In this document: positions 27,430 to 41,100 of the stretch, piece after piece
Layout of the letters: each line of letters starts with the position of its first letter
How positions within the stretch are numbered: the stretch's first letter is position 1
Assembly: GCF_006345805.1 (NCBI RefSeq)
Contig: NC_043000.1
Coordinates: 129,022,001 to 129,086,000 of the forward strand
Direction of reading: 5' to 3'
Length of the DNA stretch: 64,000 nt
Source of the DNA: Octopus sinensis
Lineage: Eukaryota
Made by a program: the position numbers and the translations under genes
Notes under the pieces: generated by a model
The model's database searches: none
Told to the model about the DNA's origin: nothing
The model's input: the letters and a program-made list of their open reading frames with translations, nothing else

Positions 27430-30400
27430 AAACATTTACTTCTCTGTCTTTCAGCTAATATAACTTATGATGTGAATTTGTTTCCTATTTTTTAATGATA
27501 AAAATACTGAAATATAAAACATACTGATTTATCATTAAAATTAAACATCTCAACATAATACCAAGAATAATTTACTTTATTGGCAGATTTATAAATTTCT
27601 GTTTATTAAGCAGGTAATTTATTTTAAAAAATTACCAGTTAATAAGCAGAAGTAATTTTTTACAGCAGTAAACATTATTTCGCTCTTTTGCTGTTATTGA
27701 AGCTGAACAAACAACTATATACATTTCAAATTGCACTTTTTGATTTTTGTTACCAAATATTAGCTACTGTGTAAATTATACAAGGAAAACAAGGGAATTT
27801 GATGAACACCAAATAAGTGAATAAATACATTTACAAATAAAAATACAACAAAAAAGAAAACCATGGGTTGAGTGTGAATAATGTGATGAACTGTGTCTTA
27901 GTAAAAAGATGGAAATTAAAATGTTTTGAATAATTAAAATCGGAAAGATTTGAGGTAATAACCCTGAGTAAGGGAGGTGTCCTACTGTTGAAATCATCAG
28001 AACAATAAAAATGAATAAAAAGCAATAAATAAAATGTCCACATATAATGGCACAACTGCCAATTCTTTGCAAAATGTCAGGAAGAATCGATTGCTCTTAC
28101 ATTTTTTTTTTTTTTGCACATATTTGATATCCACAGAAATGAGATGAAAAACGGGGGGAGTAAAATGCAAGACAGAAGCAAACTTTCAATGTATTGAAGG
28201 AAGTAAATTAGAACTGCATGTCATGGAATGTTACGGGTCAATCAAGCTGCTTTTAACTGAGTCGTTCCCCTGGAAGGAAAACAAATGGTAGACAGTATTA
28301 GAAATGTGAAGTGATATATTGAAAAACCAAAAAACATCATTGATTGATATAAGGTTGGAAGTACTTATTCCACATAGTTAATTAATTTGGAATAATTTAG
28401 GTAATTTAAACACATAAGAAAAATAAAGTTAATTATTTCAAAATTATCATTTTTAATTTGTTGATGCAATTTGTTATAGAAATTGTGAGTATTCAGCATG
28501 TATGAGTCTGTGAAGCCAGAAGGCTGCATCAGGCCCAGTCTGATCTGGCAGTGTTTCAACGGCTGGATGCCCTTCCATCTCAATACAACGAGGGAGCTTT
28601 TATGCAGTGGACTGATATCTAAGAAATAACGGTTGAATCACCCTCAAATAATGCTCAACTGTTTTAAAAGAATTACGATAATTGAGTTAGCAGAATAAGT
28701 GAGCTAGCTATAAGAAGGATTAGATAACAGGTTGTTTAGCTCCATGTTAGTTCTGGGCAAGCAAACCTATGATCAAGTGTTCCATTTAAGACCATCCAGT
28801 CATTTTCTTAGAATAGTGAGTACACCAGCTTATACTATCCAACATGTCCTATATTAAGACAGCATGTGAGTCAAGGGATATTTGGTTATTTTTAGCAAGT
28901 ACAGTGTCCACATAAACACTTCCAGTCCAACTCAAAGCTGGTTTACCAAAAGTTGGCAGTAATATATTCACCATTTTATATTTGTTTTTTTTTAAACTGA
29001 ACAAGGGTAATGCATATAACAATGATAGAAAACTGCTAATTTTTGTAACTGTGTCAGGGTCTTTTACTTTTCTCAGTTTATTTGTAGCAAAATGGTACAA
29101 TTAAAGTTAATCGGAAGTGTATCAATGTTACAATATCAAACTTTTCAGTTACTTACACTTTCAAATTTTGAAAACATCATGCCTAATAAGGTAATCATTA
29201 ATAGATTAGTATCAGATTCTTTCTTCAATTAGTGTCAACAGAAATAATGGTCAATGTATGCATGGTAAGAGGTCAGAAAAGCAATCAAGAAATGGGAAAA
29301 TATATCACTGAAGAATAAAGGCAGGCATATATAAAGTGTGTGTGTCTTCTTTTACTGGCCTCAATCACGAGTACAGTATTTTTTAAGGGCTTTTAGTTGA
29401 TTATATTGACCCCCACCCCCATTCAGTACATCGTCTAATTATTTTATTTTCCTGCTGAGAAAAAAAGGGAAAGTAGCTAGAACACTACCAACTATTGTTC
29501 CCCCCACTCTCTTTCTCTCATATATAATCATTTTAATATCCACTCTTCAATGCTTGCATGGATTGCATGGAATTTACTCTTTTACTTGTTTCAGTCATTT
29601 GACTGCGGCCATGCTGGAGCACCGCCTTTGTTGAAGATCTTTTTTTTTAATGTCTGGATGCATTTCCTGTCACCAACCCTTGCCTGTTTTGAAAGGTTTT
29701 CTTTGAAGACTGGAAATGACACCACCTGTATGCTGCTGACGTTCATTTTACAGCCATCACAAAATTGTCATGGCAAAGAGACAATTACACACACATATAC
29801 CCATGTGCATGCACACACAAAAACGTATATGTATGATTGTATACACAATAGGCTTCTTTCAGTTTCCTTATACCAAATCCACTCACAAAGCTTTGGTCAG
29901 CCAGGTTAACCAACATGTCATACTGTACAACTGAAACCTATACCATGTGGTTGGGAAGCCAACTTCTTAAACACACAGCCACGTCTGTGTATGTACGTAC
30001 ACCCAGACAAACACAGACAGAGGGCTTCCATAGTGTTTCCACCTTTCACATGCCTTGAACCAACCAATCCTCATAGTAGTGGGACTAAATTTAATCCATG
30101 TTATTTCTTAGCTGCACAGTTATTTGCTGTACGGTTTCAGAAGTTATAGCTGTATATAATTTGGTGGCGGGGGTGTACACAGGTAATGTACAAGTGCAGA
30201 ATCTAAGAGGAATATAGATTCTGCACTTGTAGAGAGCAACATTGACTACAGGAGTGAGTTAAAATTTTTAAAATGTATGTAAAATATATATTTAAGATGA
30301 GAGAGAGACAGTTTGAATCTGTGACATTCACATCTGTTGTAGTAATTTGATTAAAATGATTCTCAATGGCACAAGTCAATGAGAAGAGAACCTCTAGAGT

Positions 30401-33400
30401 TGCACAATCTGTAAGAATAACTAAGAAAGAACATTTGGATAATATAGTACATCTGTAAAAAGAAGAATGTTCATGACTTGTACGATTTAACTTATAGGTC
30501 CATTCAATGAGAGCTGGGCGGAAAAAAAGTTTCAAGGGAGACAACTCTATATTATTGCAGTAATTTGAACTTTTGAAGGGAGGTAACTTTTACTTAACTA
30601 TTCAAGGTATTTAACTCTTTCTTTTTTATTTATTTAATCGCATGACTACCGATGAAAATATACCAACGAAAAAAGTAAAATTTGGTTCTAGCAATATATG
30701 TGTGCGTGAGAAGTATTCATCAATATTTAAAGATAAGACAAATGATTGGTGTTTAATACTGATCAGAAGTTTGTTTGCAAAGGTGTTTCAGCCATTACCA
30801 CCTTATTATTTGCAGGAATGCTGTATACTCCAGACTACATTTTCTAGTATATCCATTCTAAAAGTGATATGGTACAAATGATCAGAGCAAAGTTTATTGG
30901 TTCAAATCTTCATACAGCCATGGAAGTCACTTATCACTGCAGGTTTGGAGGCAATGCACAGGTAATGGACACAGTCCCTTCCTCTGGACCAAACTAAACC
31001 AGGTTTTTATTTTTTTAGTTCAGTTTTGCACAGGGGTCATCAAACGGATCCGAGGGACCCCCTAGGGTTCGGCAAAGAATTACAGTAGGTCAATGGTAGC
31101 CAAGGGGTCGAATGAGGGTCGGTGTGCAAAAGACCAGCTCACCAGATGAACTGCTTGAAATACTTAGTCAGCGCCATGCTCATCCCTCACATTGATGTTG
31201 TCAATTTCAATAAAAGATATTCCAGCAATATGATGTGTTTCTCACATTTTCTAATCGTGAAAACAATTTCATAAAAATTGAAAGTCTACAACTGTATACT
31301 CGTACACATAGTTTTAAATGTAAAAAGTGAGTCATCTTCAATAGGATTTCTTAATTTGTCATATATGTATATTTTAGCTAACATTTTAATTGCCCACATC
31401 AGTACCCAGCAAGCATTTAAGATATATATTGATAGGAGCACTCCGTCGGTTACGACGATGAGGGTCCCAGCTGATACGATCAATGGAACAGCTTGCTCAT
31501 GGAATTAACGTGCAAGTGGTTGAGCATTCCACAGACACGTGTACCCTTAACGTAGTTCTCAAGGAGATTCAGCGTGACACAGAGTGTGACAAGGCTGGCC
31601 CTTTGAAATACAGGTACAACAGAAACAGGAAGAAGAAAGAGTGAGAGAAAGTTGTGGTGAAAGAGTACAGCAGGGTTCACCACCACCCCTTGCAGCAGCC
31701 TTGTGAAGCTTTAGGTGTTTTCGCTCAATAAACACTCACAATGCCCGGTCTGGGAATCGAGACCGCGAGTCCGCTGCCCTAACCACTGGGCCATTGCGCC
31801 GCCATTTAAGATATAGTATGGTGGGTAATAAAAATATTTTTAATGAGAAGGGAGGTTGATGGTCAAAAAAAAGTTTGGCAAACTATCAGGATGGTCAAAT
31901 CTAAAAAGGTATCTATTTCACACATTCTCACATTGTTACTTTGTTTAACTAAACATTGACTTCAGCGGGTCATAACTTATGTTCCTCTGTTTCAAATTAT
32001 TCCATATCAGGTTTTCTGTTCCATAATATTTGTCTTTAAATCAAAATAGTCAGAAACTACTGATTTCTGCAGGATGTATTTACAGCAGTTCTTAAAGTAT
32101 ATATTTGCATCTCAGCTGAATTTAAAGTAGAACTATCATGGACAGATCCTAATCAGAATTTCAGAGGATGAGTGTTTTCAGTTGTTTGATCATCTGGACT
32201 ACCAGGCCCATCGATGTGATTAGTTTATTCAACAGACATACGTACCCTTAATGTAATTCTCTGGCCAAATCAATGTGGCAGCATGTGACAAGGCTGGTTT
32301 TTTGAATTACAGGTACAGTCCATCTGACAGGCTTCCACACAATTTCCATCTACTCAATTTCACTCACAAGTCAATCGATCAGCCTGAGGTTATAGAAAAG
32401 TACATCTGCCAAGATGCCAAACACAGCAGAATTGAAACCTGGATCTCCTGATTGTGAAGCAAAAGTTCATATCATTCAGCCATACTGTGAACTATCATAA
32501 AACCTCTGAAACTAGTGAAGTCACTGTACTTAACATTCCCCTATCGTAGAAAAAAAAAGCCAAGTGAAGATCTGAATCAATAATTTGTGCACTAATTATT
32601 CACACCTTAACATGTTAAGAATGAACATATTGGAGAATATAGTCCATGTATAATATTTCTGAAATAAAAGATGGAATAGTCATTGAATACTTCTGATCAC
32701 AGGTTAACTTGACCAAAGACACAGTTTAGTATTATTTGACACTTTACTCACACTGCAAATAAGCTATCTATAAAGATTTAATTAAACTCATAGTTTTATA
32801 AATTCTGGTCAGCAGGATGTTTCCTGGAAAGTTATCATGAAATAATAGACCTTTCTTCTTTAAGACAATTTTAATAATTTCAGTGAGAATACATAAATGG
32901 GAAAATTTTATGTAGTAGATTAAGATAAGTAGTTTAGTAAAAGCAGATTAGGAATTAATATTGTGGGTTTATTGTACATCACATGGCCATGTAATTAATA
33001 AGTTAGTAATTAATAAGTTAGTAATGCAGAGCATCTTGGGGCAAGTGTCTTTTACCATAACACAAGATCAAACAAAAGCTTTCTGAAGAAACTAGGTATA
33101 TGGAAACTGTTTGTACCTTTTTAAGATAATGAGGAGGTGAATTAAAAAGCATTACTATAAAATCTGGTTAGTAAAAGTTTATTAGGAATTAATACTGCGG
33201 GTTTGTTATGCAAGGCGGTCTGATTAAGAAGTTTAAGTGTTATTGCAATTCATGGCACCTGGTGTCTTTTATTATAGACTTGGGTCAATCCAAAGACTCT
33301 TGCATGGATTGTACCTGTCACTGCTTGGTTTATAATCACCATCTGACCCTTGAAGGATCACCAATGATGCCAACAGTCAGACTGAGTCCAGTTAAAGGAG

Positions 33401-34131
33401 AACATGCTATCTCAATGCACTGCTTCCTATACAACAATCCAAGCATTATGGTTTCTAAAAATCTACAATGTTAATATATACACCATTTAAAAGTATGAGG
33501 GTGTAAAACAAAATCACTTGTTCTACCCATATACATAGATGGCTGAATTGACAAAAAAAAAAAAGTTTTAAACTCCATACCAGTATATAAGAAAAATGAA
33601 TCCGCCAAAGTGTGGTGCCTTATGCCTTCAGAATCCAAATCCTTTTAAGACTTCACTTCTATGGGGGTCAATAAAATAAGTTCCAAAAATTATATTAATG
33701 TAAACTTGTCATTAATTATTGATATATATGATTTTTTTGTGCATGTTGGATAGTTATACACACATGTATACATCTCCATCACATAGATAAATGTGTATAC
33801 CTGTATCTATCTTTCTATCTTTACATGAATAGTTATTTGTATGCATATATAAAATAAAAGAAGATAACTAGTTAATTATTTAATGAACTAATGAGATAAA
33901 CAGTCAATTGCTTAACTTTTCATGGTCAGAGATATATCAATATATAAACTGTCTTACTGGCATCTGAATGAGTTGTGATCTTCATAATTTTCCCAGGGTA
34001 TGAGACATGTTTTATCTGGCTAAGCATCCCACAAATTATACCCTACCATCTTAAAGACATTGAACAAAGTAATCATAAATAGAAATATTATTACTAAGTC
34101 TCTCTGAAGGAGACTACGGCAGCGGTACTGG

Positions 34132-34329
34132 GTATTAATAGTTATTGCCAAGCTAATAATGGCAGTCCCGAAATATAGAACAAATGCTGCCGTTGATTAG
34201 CGCCAAGAGGCTATCGCCTCTAGCTAGCTATGTGACAGCTAGAGGCTATGGCCTCTTGGAGCTAATCAACGGCAGCATTCGTCCTATATTTTGGGACTGC
34301 CATATTAGCTTGGCGATAACTATTAATAC
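34132..34329. repeat. Long palindromic (foldback) element
   Basis: About 95-bp arms, gtattaatagttattgccaagcta... and ...tagcttggcgataactattaatac, with a short central spacer. Confidence 0.9.
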
Positions 34330-35092
34330 AAAGTAATCATAGATCTACAAAAACACAGAATGATCACAGCTAAAATGCTCTTGATTGTCAGTCTACTCCA
34401 ACAGGGCTGACCTGGGGATAAACCATAACCTACCAATCTACTTACTAACGGTGGTGAACCTTTATTATTTATTATTTGATAATGAAGATTTCCTTTTTCC
34501 ATCATCTAAGTAACCAGCCCTTGAATTTAATGTCTATGTTGCTAAAAATTCCAGAGACATGTGTACCCTCAACATAATTCTCAGGCAGAATAAATATAAT
34601 AGTGTATAAGCAAGATGTACTATCAACCCAATGGGATTCCATACAGTTTCCATTTAACCAGTTTCACTCACAAAGTATGGGTTGACCAAGGGCCATGGAA
34701 AATAACATTTGCCCTAAATGCCATGCAGTGGAGTTGAACCAAAGACCTTACGGTTGTGAAACAAGTTTTCTAACCTCACCATTTGGTCTTATTATTCCTA
34801 CAGCACTAATAGCAATATTGTAAAAAAAAAAAATAATTTCCACCACTGGCCACATATTTTGGTACCAGTTTTTGGTTGGTATTTTGTCAGCTGTGGAAAA
34901 ATGAAAAGCAAAGTCAACTTCATCAAGATTTGAACTCAAAGTACCACCACCACTACAAACAATCACTGTGTGTCTGGTACTTAAGTTATCAACTATAAAA
35001 TACAAAGGTCAGCTCTAACACTATTTGATCCATGATGTTAAAGAATTAAAATAACTGACTTTCTACTATTTCTGCAACTCAATTCCCCCATT

Positions 35093-35133
35093 TTACCCTG
35101 TGTTGTAGAAACTGAGAGGAAGCTCTCTTGTCC
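35093..35133 (-). CDS. FRMD8: Probable FRMD8 terminal coding exon: (G)TRELPLSFYNTG-stop
   Basis: Nearest phase-compatible acceptor (cttag) after a 94-bp intron; weak pyrimidine tract and no recognisable homology. Confidence 0.5.
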
Positions 35134-38100
35134 CTAAGTATTAACTTAAGTTATACACATATGTCTTGAATAACAATAGAAAAAAACACAAACAAGAAAT
35201 AGTAAAAATAAATCCAGTCTGTCTTACCTCCAACTGAGTAAGTGTCCAAACTGAGACGTTTAAGTTTGTTTAGACTTTTATTGAAGGTACCTGAAAACAG
35301 AAATAATATATTTTAAAATGTAATTAACTTTTGAGAGCTAATGTTCTTGTTCTTATTTAGCCATAGGTCAGTTTTGATTGAGTAAATAGGTCTATGATCA
35401 AAGGTGTTCTAGCTATGGCCATCTCATCCCTTTTTTCCTTCTTCAGATGTAATGTAAAATTGTATGTATTTGTTTAGTTCTCACTTTCCTGGTTAATCCT
35501 GATGTAATAGATCTAAGACTAGAGACAATCTAACCTAAAATCATAAGACATTGGCTATGGTTAGGTCTAAATTGAGGACTACATTGGTCAGTAATCTAAA
35601 ACTTTTCAGTTAATGAAATGAATTCTAATGGAGGCATAATGTACCCTTAAATGAAGCATAGAATGTCAGTAAAGCTTAGTAACCAAAAAATAGGTGGGAC
35701 AAGTCTCTCACATGTAAATAGTAAGAGATTTGATTAAAAAGTTTGTAAAACCTAAAATTTGCTGATTAGCTAAATTTTACCAACAACTGAATAAATTATC
35801 TACTTTCGTTTTCTTTTCTTTAATGGAAAATTAAGTGGGACTACAGTAGAGAGGGGTTGGCTTTCTGCTAGAGGAGATATATAGTTGCTTGCATCATACA
35901 GGAGAGGGTTGGAGTGGGGAAAGAGAGATAAAGATAGTGGTGATGTCAGGGTAAGCCCTCAAAATAGGTGAATTAAGAATGAACAGGAGATCAATTAAGA
36001 TTTCTTCAGTAAATCCAAGCCTAGATAATTATATATTGAGAGTGCTACTTGAAAGGGATTTAAAGATTAGCTTTGTAATGTGAAGGTGAAGACAAAGTTG
36101 AGTATCTTACTTGATATAGCACCATCTACTGAGTCGTAACTCTGCTCACTGTAACGGCGAGGTCGGACTTGTTGCTGCTGGCGTTTCCGCTTTACCATAG
36201 AGTCAATGAGGGCATTCATCAATTTAGCCTGAAAATTTGGAATAAATATAATATGTATCAATTAATCAGAGATGAAGAATGGCTCACTGTGAACAGCATT
36301 GACAAAAAAAAAAATTAATGAACAGTAAAGAGTATTCTTATGTTTTCTCTAAAACATATTTTTAGAAGAAACTAATTGTATAAATTCTTACATAGAATTC
36401 ATTCTTATCTTCTATATTAGTTACAATGTCTTTTTTCTTTTGTTTTGTTCATATACTTCTATCTTTTAGTGCTGTCTTTCTTTACTTCACTTATATATCT
36501 AATTTCTGTTCCCTGTCTTAACCTTTTCTGACAAGTTGTAATGCACCTGAGCACTGTAAACAATAAGCTCATTATTATTATTTTAATATCTTTACCATTA
36601 AGACTACAATTAGACCAAGCTAGACCCTCACCTACAACTCTCTAGTATACAAGGATCAACTCCACAGTCACTAAGACTAATGTAACACACATCCGTTGGC
36701 AAATTCCCTGCAACTTGCAAAATGAGAAACACACACTTTAACATTATCATCATTTAACATCCGCTTTCCATGCTGGCATGAATAAGATGGTTTGACTGGA
36801 ACTGGTAAGCCAGACAGGTTCCAGTCTGATTTGGCATGGTTTCTATGGCTGGATGCCCTTCCTGATGCCAACCATTCAAAGAGTGTAATGGCTGCTTTTT
36901 ATGTGCGACCGACAAAACACAGGAATAAAGACAATAAGGTCAGATAATTATGATCACAGGCCGACCTATTTGTTCTTTAGGGATAGGAACAGTTCAGGCA
37001 AACCTACCTGGGACTATGCAAAAATAACAACCAGTTAAAGCAATCCAATTCATATATTTTTACTTTTTTGCAGATCATAGTTACCTAGGATTTTTTTTAA
37101 AATTCTTCAGGACCTCCAAGACTGGCATGAGGAAATAATCATCAAATCAGAGAACCATCCCAACTCAATACTAGATGGTAGTGTTGAATGAAATGACGAA
37201 TTAACCCTTTTGATACCAACCCACATGAGACTGTATGTTGTTCTATATTACAAACTTCCCGTATTAAAGCGATTTAAATTTAAACCTTTCATCAAAATTT
37301 TGTATTTACCTCCGTGCCGGTGGCACGTAAACATCACCATTTGAGCATGATTATTACCTGTGTCGCCTTACTAGCACTTGTGCTGGGTGGCACGTGAAAA
37401 AACATTCGAGCGAGGTCGTTGCCAGTGCTGCTGGACTGGCTCCTGTGCAGGTGTCACATAAAAAGCACCATTTTCGAGCGTGGCCGTTGCCAGTACCACC
37501 TGACTGGCCCTTGTGCCGGTGGCACGTAAAAGCACCAACTACACTCTCGGAGTGGCATCCAGCTGTAGAAACTCTGCCAGATCAGATTGGAGCCTGGTGC
37601 AGACATCTGGTTTGCCAGACCTCAGTCAAATCGTCCAACCCATGCTAGCATGGAAAGCGGACGTTAAACGATGATGATGTTTCAGACACCAGCTTAACAA
37701 TGACTGATTTAAATAAATTCTTTGGTAAAAACACAATGACAAGATCCTAAATGTGCACATGAATTCTTCCTTCCAGTCTTCCTTTCACACTTTCATTACA
37801 TCCTGCTCCACTCTCTCTTGTGAAACCATGACTGCAAAGGAACCAACCTGTCGGGAATTAATTTCTAACAGCTTTGTCACTGTTTCTTCTCCATCTTTCA
37901 CAAGAAACTGAATGAATAAAGACGGCAATTTATCATCCTCCAAATCGTCATGGAAATGCCAGGACATCTCGGTGAACGGAACTGCCAGATCAACAAACTA
38001 GTAACAAATAAATAAACAAATAAATAATTTATTTCATAATTATTCAATATAAATTTTTCTTTCACCTAATTTTCATTCTCTTCATAAGCTGGAAGGAGTT

Positions 38101-41100
38101 AAAGTAAAGGTAATTTAATTAGCTCTCAGAAAAAACATCTGAAACCAAAGTTAGTAAATAAAATATTACAGATTTTGACCCAGTAGATTTGTATAGATTT
38201 GATGGTTCTACCAAACTGCTTCATCATCACCACCACTTCTGTGTCTTCATTAAACATTTTGATATTTTGTTTTCTTGTTTAATACAAACTTTGTCTTAGT
38301 TTGTAAATAATTCATGCAATAAGAGAAATGTACCTCTAGGTATATCTAGGCTGTACAGGTGTGTTAGAGGTCACCCTTGATGGGAAATACTACAGCACAA
38401 TAAGACTAAGACACTGGATAAACTTATTGCCCCTAAAACCTAATAATAATAATTATTATTTCAAATTTTTGCCACAAGGGTAGCGTGGGGGAAGGGATTA
38501 AGTCAATTACATTGACCCTGGTGTTTCACTGGTACTTAATTTATCAAACCTGAAAGGATGAAAGGCAAAGTTGACCTTGGCGGAATCTGAACTCAGAACA
38601 TAGTGACAGGCGAAATAATAATAATGCCACCATCATCATTATTTTACCTTCACTTTTCTATGCTGGAATGGATTAGACAGGTTTTCTGGGGCAGTGTTTT
38701 TATGGTTGGATGCCCTTTCTGTTGCCAGCCCTTTAAGTCACTCCTTATGACATGCAGTAATACAGTGTACCAGATCAAAATCTGGGATACGCACAATAAA
38801 ATGATAATAATAATTACATAATTGTTATGGCTCAGATATTTTACCAATGACCTGAATGCCAGATTCTTTAATACTGAACTCAAAGATGGTGATCCACATT
38901 GCCAATGAATCAATCATTAAGTTCTCTGATCATGATCATAAATAAAATATTAGGAAGTAAATTCTATAATTTGTTTTAATGGCTCAGTTAGAATTGGAAG
39001 AGTAAAACTGAAGGTTATTTTGTAGTCTCTCTGAGACTGATAAAAGATTTTGGTATCATCAGAGTGGAAGTTTGGCCTAAATGCTTACAACAGAGAGATA
39101 CCAAAGGGCCAGGTAGTAGTGTTGAGGAAAAAAAATGGCAATTAAAAAAAATTGAAAATAATAATAAAAGTCATTTAATATCTTACATCTTTGTCTTTTT
39201 CTATGATACAGACTCCCTCCGTGTTGATGCAAACCCACACATGCATTGAGTGCACTCCGAAAACCATCTGGAGTTTAGTGGAAGGACGGTCAACGACAGC
39301 ACTGAAGAATGCAGACCTTCAATAGCAAAAAAAAAAAAGCATAAATCAATCACTGATTGATGTCACTATATAATAGCTTCACATATTTCATTATTGTTGA
39401 TGGGTCAGTGGAGTAACTGGAACAAGAGAACATTAAACTAATACCTTAGATAACCTAGTTTTCTGTCTGTAGGTTATGAGTTCAAGTCCTGATAGGGCTG
39501 AACACTGTGTTCTTTTTTTTAGGTACTTATACTATAAGTACCAAACATATGTACTAGGACCAATTCTATCTTAGTTTTCAAAAAAAAAAAATCAAGGTTG
39601 TTTTTTTTCTTTGTGATTGAAGGTATGGAACCTGAAAGAATCTTCAGCCAAAAATAGGTTTAAAGACGTACAAACTGACAGTTATGATGAGAAAGAGGAG
39701 GAAATAGAGACCTCCAACTGAGAGTTTCTAAACACCAAAGACTATATCTGTGGATGGAGCATGATTCCAGCCTGAAAGAAGGTGACATAGTAGTGTAATG
39801 GTACAATAGAGTAAGCCACAAAAGTTAAGAAAACCAGAAAGAACAAGGAGATCAAAGAATAATATCAGGTTTCTAGAAGAGATGCTCAATACCAGATTTT
39901 ATATATATCCATCTAATCTTTTACTTGTTTCAGTCATTTGACTTTGGCCATGCTGGAGCACTGCCTTTAGTCGAAGAAATTGACTCCAGGACTTACTCTT
40001 TATAAGCCTAGTACTTATTCTATCGCTGTCAATTGCTGAACTGCTAAGTTTCAGTGACGTGAACCACCAACATCGGTTGTCAAGCAATGGTGGTGGGGGA
40101 CAAACACAGGCATATACACAAATATATATATATTTCGACCTCAAAAATCGACCTCAAATATATATATATATACAATAGGCTTCTTTCAATTTCCGTCTAC
40201 TAAATCCACTCACAAGGCTTTGGTTAGCCTGAAGTTATAGTAGAAGACTCTGGTCCAAGGTGCCACGCAATGAGACTGAACCTGGAACCATGTGGTTGGG
40301 AAGCAAGCTTATTACCACACAGCCATGCCTGTGCATATACAAGGAACCGAAAATAGGAGGTTTGACTATGTTATGCAACAAGAGGATCAGATTTGTGAAA
40401 TGTTCCATACCTAAGACAGTTGGATGAAATACAAAATGCTTTGGGGAAACTGTGGGTATAGAATGATAAAAGCATAACTGCCATCACTGGTATTGAGAAA
40501 AAAGACAGGAAATGTTACTACAAGAGATTGTGGAATGTGGAGAATATACGGAGAAATCTACAAGTAGCACCAATAGAAGGTCCAAATATTTAAACTAACT
40601 GTCCTATATTTAAAAGCAATTAAGGCTATGAGGGCAGAGAAAGCAGCTGGGACAGCAGGAATGGTAACTGAGATGTGGGGTCAAGTAGAACAGGAAAGGG
40701 CCATATTTAATCAGCTGCTATAAGGGAAAATGTGATGCTCAGAAGAAAAGTAACAACAGATGCATCGAACTGATGGACCAGGTTATGAAAGTAACAGAAA
40801 GAATTACAACACAACTGATTAGAAACAGAATTAGTTTAGATGTGATGCTGTTTGGGTTTGAGCCTGGATGAGGTTAACACAAATATCCTCTTCCTAACAA
40901 GGCAACAACAATTATCACTTGCTGACCTGGAGATAGTGAAAGTAACATACTCAGTAGTTTGGTGGTCAATAAGAAAAGTGATTCTGAGAGACATGCAAAC
41001 CATGTGTAGAGATGCAGGCAGTATAGTGAGATTTAATAGGAGATCAGTGAAGGATTTTAGCCAGCAGATATATATCCATCAAGACTCAATTTTCAGTTCC

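Noticed and set aside
27883-27967. GTGATGA...CTGA resembling a C/D-box snoRNA
   Set aside because: No terminal stem, no convincing rRNA-complementary guide, and no host gene on that strand.
30642-30881. ORF MTTDENIPTKKVKF... and nearby plus-strand exon-like bits (29233-29265, 30139-30180)
   Set aside because: Could not assemble a consistent, recognisable gene model; the signals are at chance level.
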